NCBI GenBank assembly: GCA_963708075.1
Contig: OY970194.1
Coordinates: 2,528,001-2,592,000, forward strand
DNA: 64,000 nt
Source: Sedimentisphaerales bacterium
GTDB taxonomy: Bacteria; Planctomycetota; Phycisphaerae; Sedimentisphaerales; Anaerobacaceae
Direction of reading: 5' to 3'
The notes beneath the pieces were generated by a model that worked only from the letters and a program-made list of their open reading frames with translations, was not told the DNA's origin and did not search any database. Every line of letters starts with the position of its first letter. Within the stretch, counting starts at the first letter, position 1. Below, piece by piece: positions 1 to 8,422 of the stretch. Position numbers and translations under genes: made by a program.

Positions 1-843
1 GTTGGGATCGACCATACCGCAGCCGCCCATTTCCACCCATCGCTGCTGGCCGCTCTTGTCGGTCAGGAGCAGATCGACCTCCGCGCTGGGCTCAGTGAAG
101 GGGAAGAAACTCGGCCGGAACCGCCACTGCGTGTCGGCGCCGAAGAAGACGTGGATGAACTGCTCGATCGTCGTCTTCATATCGACCATCGTCACGCCTT
201 CGTCCACGACGAGCGCTTCGAGCTGATGGAACATGTACATGTGCGTCGCATCGACCGTATCGGGGCGATAGACGCGTCCCGGCGCAACGACCCGGATCGG
301 CGGCTTTTTGTTCTCCATCACGCGAATCTGGATCGTGGAGGTCTGGCTGCGAAGCAGGATGTTGTCTTCGATGTAGAAGTTGTCGAGGGGATCTCTCGCC
401 GGGTGCTCGGGCGGAATGTTCAGCGCGATGAAATTGTGCCACTCATCCTCGACCTCCGGGCCATAGGCGACGCCGAAGCCCATCCGGCCGAAGATGTCCA
501 GCAATTCGCTGATTGTCTGCGTGATGACGTGGGGCTTGCCAATCCCGATGGGAATCCCCGGCAGCGTGACATCGATGAACTCGCGTGTCCGCTTCTGGGA
601 TTCCTCCAGGGCCCGCTTTCGCTCCTCGAACGCCGCCGTGACCTCGTTGCGGGTCTTGTTGGCAAGTTGCCCGGCCCGCGGTTTCTCCTCGGCGGGCAGC
701 CGGCCGATGTCACTGAGCATCTGCATGATCAGGCCCTTGCGGCCGAGGTACTTGATGCGGAAATCCTCGAGGGCCTTGAGGTCCTGGACCCTGGCCAGCT
801 CGTCGAGAGCCTGTTTGCCGGCTTGTTCCAACTGTTCGAGCAT
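1..843 (-). CDS. pheS: Phenylalanine--tRNA ligase alpha subunit (3' end runs off window)
   Basis: Manual translation from ATG 843: MLEQLEQAGKQALDEL...KYLGRKG...FRPSFFPFTEPSAEVD; directly follows rplT; absent from ORF track because no stop in window. Confidence 0.96.
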   Translation of the reverse strand, partial: MLEQLEQAGKQALDELARVQDLKALEDFRIKYLGRKGLIMQMLSDIGRLPAEEKPRAGQLANKTRNEVTAAFEERKRALEESQKRTREFIDVTLPGIPIGIGKPHVITQTISELLDIFGRMGFGVAYGPEVEDEWHNFIALNIPPEHPARDPLDNFYIEDNILLRSQTSTIQIRVMENKKPPIRVVAPGRVYRPDTVDATHMYMFHQLEALVVDEGVTMVDMKTTIEQFIHVFFGADTQWRFRPSFFPFTEPSAEVDLLLTDKSGQQRWVEMGGCGMVDPN

Positions 844-846
844 GGT

Positions 847-1203
847 TTACGTCAGGGCTGCTTTGGCCATCCCCACAATGGCGTCGAAGCCGGTGGGATC
901 GGCGATGGCGATCTCGCTGAGCATTTTGCGATTGAGCCCAATCTGGGCCTTCTTGAGGCCGTTGATGAACTCGCTGTAGCGCAGCCCTCTTTGCTTGCAG
1001 GCGATGTTGACGCGGAGAATCCAGAGGCCCCGGTACTCTCGCTTCATGACCTTGCGGCTCTTACGGGCGTTGACCTCCGCACGCGTGACGGCTTCCGTGG
1101 CCGTGCGCCACTGGTTGCGTCTGGCGCCGCGAAAACCTCTGGCTTCCTTCAGGACGCGTTTCTTGGCTCGGCGTACCGCCGCCCCTTTTTTTACTCTCGG
1201 CAT
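847..1203 (-). CDS. rplT: 50S ribosomal protein L20
   Basis: MPRVK...ARGFRGAR...REYRGLWILRVN...LNRKMLSEIAI; infC-rpmI-rplT synteny. Confidence 0.98.
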   Translation of the reverse strand: MPRVKKGAAVRRAKKRVLKEARGFRGARRNQWRTATEAVTRAEVNARKSRKVMKREYRGLWILRVNIACKQRGLRYSEFINGLKKAQIGLNRKMLSEIAIADPTGFDAIVGMAKAALT

Positions 1204-1302
1204 ATCAGCTTTCCTTTGAAATCATACCCGTTGCGCTTGCTGCGGCAGCTGATGGATGCCGAGAAGCAAGCATTCCCAATTCCTGCGGGCGTCCCGAAGA
1301 AC

Positions 1303-1500
1303 TCACCCGGCCAGAAGCGCGGCTTTCATGGCCTTGGCCTTGCCCCCGCGCACTATGGCGGTCGAACGGATGTGGCGACGCCGCTTGGCGTTCTTGACGC
1401 TCATCAAATGGCTGGCGCCGGCACGCCGGTGCTTCAACTTGCCGCGACCGGTCACTTTCACCCGCTTGGCAAGCCCTTTATGCGTTTTCAGCTTGGGCAT
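1303..1500 (-). CDS. rpmI: 50S ribosomal protein L35
   Basis: MPKLKTHKGLAKRVKVTGRGK signature; synteny. Confidence 0.98.
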   Translation of the reverse strand: MPKLKTHKGLAKRVKVTGRGKLKHRRAGASHLMSVKNAKRRRHIRSTAIVRGGKAKAMKAALLAG

Positions 1501-1557
1501 CGGTCCTCAACCTTCTCAATGTTCAGACGTAAACCGCTTGGCACGAACGAAACCCGG

Positions 1558-1586
1558 AGTATACGTTCCCCGACCCGTGCCGTCAA
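1558..1586 (-). promoter_or_regulatory. sigma70-type promoter for rpmI-rplT-pheS
   Basis: TTGACG-N17-TATACT on minus strand upstream of rpmI. Confidence 0.7.
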
Positions 1587-1709
1587 GAGGCACAGAGAAA
1601 TTTCGCGAAAAAAAGACACAACGGATTTCCCGCCACCTTGGACAACCAACCCGCTCCGCACCGTGCAGCCTGCTACCGCAGAGACACAAGCGGCCGCCAA
1701 TCCGCGACG

Positions 1710-2222
1710 CTACTTCGGAATCAGTGTCAGCGTCATGCGGCGTCCCGCCATTCTCGGGGACTGCTCCACCTTGGACACATCCTCCAGGCCCTTTGTGATC
1801 TGGCCAAGTACCTCGGTGCCCATCTCCTTATGAAGCATCTGGCGCCCCCGGAAAAAGAGGGTGAACTGGACCTTATGCCCTTTCTCCAGGAACTCACGAG
1901 CGTGATTGCTCTTGATCTCCAGATCGTGCTTGTCCGTCTCGGGTCGAAGCCGGATCTCCTTGAGCGTGGCTACATGGTGGGTCTTCTTGTGCGACTCGCG
2001 CACCCGCCGCTTCTGCTGGTACAGCCATTTGCCGTAATCCATGATGCGGCAGACCGGCGGCTCGCTCGTCGGCGCAACCTCGACAAGATCCAGACCAGCT
2101 TCCCGCGCTCTGCTGAGAGCGTCGTCTTTGCTCACGACACCGACTTGGTTGTTTCCTTCGTCAACCAGCCGAACTGTGTCGACTCTGATCCCCCCATTGA
2201 TGCGTAGACCTCTTTTCTCGAT
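1710..2222 (-). CDS. infC: Translation initiation factor IF-3 (non-canonical ATC start)
   Basis: DLVEVAP..PPVCRIMDYGK, KEIRLRP motifs; frame extends upstream of track ORF to ATC 2222 (IEKRGLRINGGIRVDTVRLVDE) preceded by AAGGTGG. Confidence 0.96.
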   Translation of the reverse strand: MEKRGLRINGGIRVDTVRLVDEGNNQVGVVSKDDALSRAREAGLDLVEVAPTSEPPVCRIMDYGKWLYQQKRRVRESHKKTHHVATLKEIRLRPETDKHDLEIKSNHAREFLEKGHKVQFTLFFRGRQMLHKEMGTEVLGQITKGLEDVSKVEQSPRMAGRRMTLTLIPK

Positions 2223-2318
2223 TGTATACCACCTTGCCTTTCTAAAGAACCCTGTTTCTCATCGACTGTAGCAGCGATTGCCGCTCAGTCTATCACATAT
2301 TCAGCCGTCTTTGTCACG

Positions 2319-4234
2319 TCAAAATGCCACATCGACGTCTTTCTCAGCAATTTTCCGCTTCGCCGCCGCAAGAAACTCGTCCACGGATACCGTCTTGTTC
2401 TGGTTCCCGCCGCGGAATCTAACATTGACCGTGTTAGATTCTGCCTCTTTCGGTCCGACGACCAGCATATAGGGCGCCTTCTCCGCGTGTGCCTTGGCGA
2501 TTTTGGCCCCGATCTTCTCATCGGACAAATCGGCGGCACACCGCAGACCGGCCTCGTCCAACCGCCTCTGTACCGTTTCGGCGTAGGCATTGGTCTTATC
2601 GCTGATCGGCATGACCCTCGCCTGTTCCGGCGAGAGCCAGACGGGCATCGCGCCGGCATACTGCTCGATCAGGATGCCCATGAACCGCTCCAGAGAGCCA
2701 AGGACCGCCCGGTGGATCATCACGGGCGTCTTCTCGGTATTGTCCTCATCCGTGTAGAGCAGGCCGAACCGCTCGGGCATGGAGAAATCAAGCTGGATCG
2801 TGCCGACCTGCCAGGACCGCTTGAGGCAATCCTTGACGTGGAAGTCGATCTTGGGGCCGTAAAACGCCCCGTCACCCTCGTTGATCTTGTACTGGATCTG
2901 CTTGTGCGTCAGCGCCGTCTTCAGTGCGTTCGTGGCGGTCTCCCAGATTTCGTCCGAGCCGATGTGGTTTTCCGGCTTTGTCGATAGCTCGATAGAGAAA
3001 TCGCTGAAGCCGAACGCCCGATAGGTCTCGAAGATCAGGTTGATTACCCCGATGATCTCCGACTCGATCTGCCGGGGCGTGCAGTAGATGTGGGCATCGT
3101 CCTGGGTGAACTGGCGAACCCGGAAGAGCCCGTGCAGAACGCCGCTGGCCTCGTGCCGATGCACCATGCCGAACTCGGCGATGCGCAACGGCAGCTCCCG
3201 GTAGGAGTGCTTGGAGGTCTTGAAGAGCAGGCAGCCGCCGGGGCAGTTCATCGGCTTGATGGCGTAACCGACGTCGTCGATCTCGGTAAAATACATGTTC
3301 TCCTTATAGTGGTCCCAGTGGCCGCTGCGATGCCAGAGCTCCTCGTTCAGGATGATCGGGGTCTTGATCTCCTTGTATCCATACTTACGGTTCACCTGTC
3401 GCAGGAAATCGATCATCTCGTTCCAGATGATCATTCCCCTGGGATGCATGAAGGCGAAGCCCGGCCCCATGTCGCTGAAGGTGAACAGATCGAGCTGCCG
3501 GCCCAGCACGCGGTGATCCCGCCGCTTGGCCTCCTCCAACCGCTGCACGTACTCGTCTAAATCTTTCTTCGTGGGCCAGGCGGTGCCGTAGACGCGCTGC
3601 AGCATCTTCTGGGTGGGGTCGCCATGCCAGTAGGCCCCCGCCACCGACATCACCTTGAAGGCTCCGACCTTGCCGGTGCTGGGCACGTGCGGGCCGCGGC
3701 AGAGGTCCTCGAAACCGTTCCCGTGCGAATAGAAGCTGATGGTGTCGCTGTGGGCGCGCTCGATATTGTCGAGCTTGTACTTGTCGCCCTTGAGTTTCTC
3801 GATGGCTTGTGCGCGTGACATCTCCGTTCGAGTGATGGGCTTGTCGGCGGCGACGATCTCGGCCATCCTGCTCTCGATGCGGGGGAAATCCTCCGGGCGG
3901 ATCGGCTCATCCAGGTCGATATCGTAGTAGAACCCGTCTTCGACCGTCGGGCCGTACACGAGCCTGGTCTGCGGCCAGAGGCTGCAGATCGCCTCCGCCA
4001 GGACGTGGGCGAACTATGGCGCATCACCTCCAGGCCCTGCTTGTCCTTGGGCGTGAGGATCTGCACCTGCGGGCTATTCGTGATGAGGGTGGCCAAATCC
4101 GCCAATTCCCCATTGATCTTGACCGCCACGGCCGCTTTCGCCAGCCCAGGCCCGATCTGCTCCGCCACCTGTTTGGCGGTGCTGCCCTCGGCAACCTCTA
4201 ATGTACTGCCGTCCGGAAGTTTTACTTGTGCCAT
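2319..4234 (-). CDS. thrS: Threonine--tRNA ligase (1-base frameshift near 4011, probably sequence error)
   Basis: TGS domain in ORF 3650..4246 joins catalytic part 2319..3959 (DLCRGPH, KPMNCP, RVRQFTQDDAH, MIHRA); RHS-x-AHVLAEA motif is one base short. Confidence 0.95.
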
Positions 4235-4276
4235 ACATGGTTCCAAATACCGTGCGTTGTTCCTGCAATTTTCCCG

Positions 4277-4304
4277 AATATAGCCGACGCGCGAACAAAG
4301 TCAA
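4277..4304 (-). promoter_or_regulatory. sigma70-type promoter for thrS
   Basis: TTGACT-N16-TATATT. Confidence 0.55.
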
Positions 4305-4480
4305 GTATCGTCCTGCCGGGCACGAGGGGCGAGCGATCCTGCGGCCGCGGCGGCCCATTCCACAGACATGGCAATGCCGACACTGCCCTTGGGGATTGCC
4401 ATAAGCTCCTATGGGATATGCAGTTATGCAGCCATAATCCATACGTCGCAGGCAACGTCAGGGTTCCGGCGATTTCCTTG

Positions 4481-4509
4481 TTGTTATGGGACGACGGAAT
4501 TGTTATAAT
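4481..4509 (+). promoter_or_regulatory. sigma70-type promoter (extended -10) for FHA gene
   Basis: TTGTTA-N17-TATAAT with TGn before -10. Confidence 0.55.
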
Positions 4510-4553
4510 ATCTTTGAGTAATGTCCGCTGAAGGCAGTATGGAGAGAGGTCAC

Positions 4554-5027
4554 ATGGATATCAACCTGGTGCTTCTCAAGAAGAATGGGTCGCACAAGAC
4601 CTTTCCTCTCACAAGCAACGTGATCGTCATCGGCCGCCGCCATGAGTGCGACCTGTACATCCCCCTGCCTACGGTGTCCCGCAAGCACTGTCAACTCAGC
4701 GTGAACGGCAAGGCTGTGGAGGTTCGCGATCTCGGCTCGACGGGCGGCACCTTCGTCAACGACCAGAAGATCGACGGACAGGCGTCCCTCAAAGCCGGCG
4801 ACTCTATCCGCATCGGTCCGCTGACATTCGTCTGTCAGATCGACGGCAAACCGGAGAAGATCGCGCCGCCCAAAAAGCCTGTCCAGCAGGCGGCCAAGCC
4901 ACAGAAAAAGGCCGCCAAGCCGGCGGGTGACAAACCGGCGGACGGCCTCGATGAGCTCGACGCCTCCGACAGCTTTCTTGGACTTGATGAGTCGGATTCG
5001 GGACTCGAGGACCTGAAAGACCTCTGA
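4554..5027 (+). CDS. FHA domain-containing protein
   Basis: IGR..ECDL....TVSRKHC...DLGSTGGTFVN FHA motifs; K/P-rich linker and acidic tail; purine-rich RBS. Confidence 0.9.
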   Translation: MDINLVLLKKNGSHKTFPLTSNVIVIGRRHECDLYIPLPTVSRKHCQLSVNGKAVEVRDLGSTGGTFVNDQKIDGQASLKAGDSIRIGPLTFVCQIDGKPEKIAPPKKPVQQAAKPQKKAAKPAGDKPADGLDELDASDSFLGLDESDSGLEDLKDL

Positions 5028-5064
5028 TGTTCACGCGTTTCGCAGCCGGATTCGCCCGGGGGGC

Positions 5065-5386
5065 GGATGCGGTCGGAATACGGTGGCGGCGTGCAGCGCG
5101 GACCACGCCTCTTTCGTCCCTCACGGGACTAGCTTCTATCCTTGGCCCAGGTTCCCCAGCGATAAATCGCTGGGCTATTCTCTATCGCCCCGCGGGCTTG
5201 GACGGCGCCCCAGTCCTCTTGCGTCGGCCCATCCGCCCCACAGGGGCGATCGACAATAGCCCACCGTTTCAACGGTGGGTACCGGTAGCCCATCACATCC
5301 CAAAGCCCCGCAGGGGCGAAAGAAGACTGCGGTGCGCTCTTGGGTCGGGCGGAATCCGAACCCGCCACCGAATGCCGGCCGCACCC
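5065..5386 (+). repeat. ~325-bp REP/MITE-like palindromic element, copy 1
   Basis: Near-identical reverse complement at 12918-13247; imperfect terminal inverted repeats; internal hairpins CCCAGCGATAAATCGCTGGG and CCCACCGTTTCAACGGTGGG. Confidence 0.9.
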
Positions 5387-5413
5387 CAGGGGGCTGCAAT
5401 TCTTTATTGATGC

Positions 5414-5442
5414 TTGCCAGAATCCGCCCGATGTGGTACTCT
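5414..5442 (+). promoter_or_regulatory. sigma70-type promoter for gspE-like gene
   Basis: TTGCCA-N17-TACTCT. Confidence 0.45.
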
Positions 5443-5489
5443 GTCCCTCAGTCGAGTTTTCGCTGAAAGTATGCGGTAAGAGAGGTCCT

Positions 5490-7097
5490 ATGCAGATGCT
5501 GGGAGTCATTTCAGCCGTGGAACTCCTGCAGTTGACCGGCGGTGCGGAGGGGTATCCAATGCCGCTGCTCGTGTCCCTGCCCTTCAATCCGATTCGACTG
5601 CTGGTGCTGGTCGCCTGGTTCTATTTTTGCGTGTACCTCGTCCAGCGCGTCAATTTCAGTCCACTTGTGCCCAAGAACTACAGAATTTATGCCAATGTGG
5701 CGACCCTGTTCACTGGACCGGTGCTCCTGTTGATCCTGTTCGTGATCGATACGGCGAGGAAAACCAGGGAAAACAGAGAGAGTTTCTTCGAGGTTCTGGC
5801 GCGACAGACTCAGCAGGTCCTGACGACCCTTCGGTCCATCCGTTCCGAGCCGAAAGAGGATGATTCGGCCATCCACCTGCTCGACTCGTCCGGGCGGACA
5901 CTGGATGACATCTATGGGCGCGGGGAAGCCAAACACGACGATGCCAAGTTCCTCAGTTTGACGGAGACGACCATTGCCGGCGCGCTCGACCGCCGGGCCA
6001 GCGACATCCTGATCGATCCGAAGAATGAGGCCGCATACACCATCCGCCTTCGAATTGACGGCGTGCTCAGGACCGTCAACGAGTTGGATGCCGTGGCCTG
6101 CCACGCCGTCATCAACAGTATCAAGGCCGTGGCCGGAATGGACATCTCGGAGCGCAGGAGGCCCCAGGATGGCGGCTTCATGGCCAGAAGAGGAGGCTCC
6201 ACCGCCTCGTTCCGTGTGGCCAGCGCCGGCGCGCTCAATGGGGAGAAGCTCTCCATCCGCGTGCTGAACAAGGACGCCGGATCGCTCACGCTGGCCGATG
6301 TCGGGCTGTCGGAGAAACAGCATGGCATCATTCATAACGCCCTGAGGAAACCGTCGGGCATGATCCTGGTCTGCGGGCCCACCGGAAGCGGCAAGACCAC
6401 GACGATGTATTCCATGCTCAACGAGATCGATCGCTACACCCGCAATGTGATCACCGTCGAAGACCCCATCGAAGCCGTGCTGCCCGAGGCCAGCCAGATC
6501 GAGATCAATCCCAAGGCGGACATCACCTTTGCCAAGGCGCTGCGCAGCATCCTGCGGCAGGACCCCGATGTGATCTGCGTCGGCGAGATCCGCGACGAGG
6601 AGACCGCCGAGATCGCTTTGCGAGCCGCCCAGACCGGCCATCTCGTGCTGGCGACCATTCATTGCGACAGCAATGCCACCGCGCTGATCCGGCTGCTGGA
6701 CCTGCATGTCTCGCCGCTGCTGCTGTCGGCGGGCCTGAACCTTATCTTCTCGCAGCGGCTCGTGCGGCGCCTGTGTGACAAATGCAGGAGGCCGGCGAAG
6801 CTCAGCGACAGCCAGATTCAGGAATTCCACAGGAAGAAGATCGATTCGTCGAACGTGTTCGAGGCGACCGGTTGCAGGCACTGCGAGAAAACGGGGTTCT
6901 ACGGGCGCACCGCCGTCTGCGATCTGATGATTGTCGATGATGCCTTGAAGGCGGAAATCGCCCAGAGTGAATCCCTCATTGCCAGGCTCAGGACCGAGGG
7001 CGGCCAGAAGGGGCTTGTCGGGCTTCGCAAGGAGGGACTGAAGAAGGTTGTCGCCGGCATTACAAGCCTGGCGGAATTGAAGAGGGTAGTGGGATAG
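5490..7097 (+). CDS. GspE/PulE family secretion ATPase with N-terminal transmembrane helices
   Basis: ASDILIDP, RRPQDG, Walker A GPTGSGKTT, LRQDPDVICVGEIRD, TGHLVLATIH, CxxC..CxxC; start moved to ATG 5490 because track N-terminus lies in the repeat. Confidence 0.9.
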   Translation: MQMLGVISAVELLQLTGGAEGYPMPLLVSLPFNPIRLLVLVAWFYFCVYLVQRVNFSPLVPKNYRIYANVATLFTGPVLLLILFVIDTARKTRENRESFFEVLARQTQQVLTTLRSIRSEPKEDDSAIHLLDSSGRTLDDIYGRGEAKHDDAKFLSLTETTIAGALDRRASDILIDPKNEAAYTIRLRIDGVLRTVNELDAVACHAVINSIKAVAGMDISERRRPQDGGFMARRGGSTASFRVASAGALNGEKLSIRVLNKDAGSLTLADVGLSEKQHGIIHNALRKPSGMILVCGPTGSGKTTTMYSMLNEIDRYTRNVITVEDPIEAVLPEASQIEINPKADITFAKALRSILRQDPDVICVGEIRDEETAEIALRAAQTGHLVLATIHCDSNATALIRLLDLHVSPLLLSAGLNLIFSQRLVRRLCDKCRRPAKLSDSQIQEFHRKKIDSSNVFEATGCRHCEKTGFYGRTAVCDLMIVDDALKAEIAQSESLIARLRTEGGQKGLVGLRKEGLKKVVAGITSLAELKRVVG

Positions 7098-7102
7098 AGA
7101 TC

Positions 7103-7771
7103 ATGGTATTCTGGATCGCCATTCTGGCAGGTATTCTGTTCGTATGGCTGGCCGTGCGCCTGGGTTTTTACGCCACGTGGGTCCTGCTCTTCAATGTTGT
7201 GATCTCAATGTACGTGGCGATCTTTCTGGCCCCGCTGATCGTGGACTTCGCTCCTGCGGTGGGCGGGGCGGCTTCCTACGGCGTGGCGTTGAGCATGATC
7301 GTCCTGGCCGGCGGATGCTTTGCCCTTCTCCAGGGCCTGTCGTACGTGTTCCTGACCGGGCAGTTCAACATCCCGTTCCCCCGGATTTTTGACATCGTGC
7401 TGTCCGGTGTGCTGGGGTTCACGGCCGGCTTTCTGATTCTGAGCTTCGCCGCGATTGTCCTCACCACCACGCCGCTGGCACAGCACAAGATCATCAGCAG
7501 CATCGGCTTCAACGAACAATCGCAGCAAGCGAACATCTCCTGCATGGCACGGTGCTGCGATCTGATTCACGCCGTCGCCGGATTCGAAGGCAGCAAGGAA
7601 ACTACAGGCACAGCCATACACCGTCTCCTCGACGTCCAGCGGAACCTGGACTCATCGCGCCAGGAGCGCACGCCCGACGCAAATGAGCCGCCCGCAGCGC
7701 CGCGCAGGGAGCCGCGTCAAGAGTCCCCTGCTCGAAGGAAGATCGTGGACCCGACCGGCGACACCCTGTAA
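7103..7771 (+). CDS. CvpA (colicin V production)-like membrane protein
   Basis: Four hydrophobic segments, G-F early motif and D..L.G.LG pattern typical of CvpA family. Confidence 0.6.
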   Translation: MVFWIAILAGILFVWLAVRLGFYATWVLLFNVVISMYVAIFLAPLIVDFAPAVGGAASYGVALSMIVLAGGCFALLQGLSYVFLTGQFNIPFPRIFDIVLSGVLGFTAGFLILSFAAIVLTTTPLAQHKIISSIGFNEQSQQANISCMARCCDLIHAVAGFEGSKETTGTAIHRLLDVQRNLDSSRQERTPDANEPPAAPRREPRQESPARRKIVDPTGDTL

Positions 7772-7810
7772 TCACCTCCCAGGAACTCATTTGTATGGAA
7801 CCGAGTGCTG

Positions 7811-8044
7811 TCAGGACATGGGGCACATGCCGCCGGCACAGCCGCCGCCGCAGGCCGGGAGAGCGGAACAGGAATCGCAACCGGGTGTGGAGGCCTTGCC
7901 TTGTCCGACGGCGAAGTTGGAGAAGAGTTTGCGGAGGTTGGAGCCGCCGCACTTCTCACAGGTGACTTTCTCCACGTTGAGGCTCTTGTGAAGGACCTCC
8001 ATCACGTGTCCGCATTGATCGCACTTGTATTCGAATATCGGCAT
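7811..8044 (-). CDS. FmdB family zinc-ribbon regulatory protein
   Basis: MPIFEYKCDQCGH...CEKCGG..LRKLFS; Cys-rich C-terminus. Confidence 0.9.
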   Translation of the reverse strand: MPIFEYKCDQCGHVMEVLHKSLNVEKVTCEKCGGSNLRKLFSNFAVGQGKASTPGCDSCSALPACGGGCAGGMCPMS

Positions 8045-8422
8045 AATCAGTTTCCCTTGCAGTCAGTCCATCCCAGAGCCGGCCCATCCGGCGGATGCAA
8101 ACCCTCGTAATACTTCGAACACCAGCGTTCGGTTCACCTTGCTGTTATAGGTCCTATATGACTAATGAGACCTATGCCGGGCACAGGCTCGTGCCCTGCC
8201 TGGCAAGCCCTGTGCATGCAGCATTCATTCCGAGCCTATCGGAAGATTATGCACGATCCGCACCAAAAATCCAACTCTTCTATCAGTGCCCGCCCACGAA
8301 TTGAACCGCTTGTCTCAACCCGGCGGCGCAAGCACGGGTATGGTTGCAGAAGTGGCACCGGCCATGTGCCGATAGAAAGATAATGGTTGGGGTAGGTTCG
8401 CCCAGTAGGCAAGGTATCTGCA

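Noticed and set aside
151..1833. 560-aa + strand ORF and similar long antisense ORFs (e.g. 10662..12314, 18030..20045, 35923..37356)
   Set aside because: Shadow frames opposite well-supported genes in GC-rich DNA; no recognisable motifs.
4235..4480. T-box or attenuator upstream of thrS
   Set aside because: The promoter lies only ~40 nt from the start and no T-box GGTGGNACCGCG motif is seen.
8097..8111. 15-mer GCAAACCCTCGTAAT shared with 16469-16483
   Set aside because: A single short exact match is compatible with chance in 64 kb; no third copy or dyad symmetry seen.
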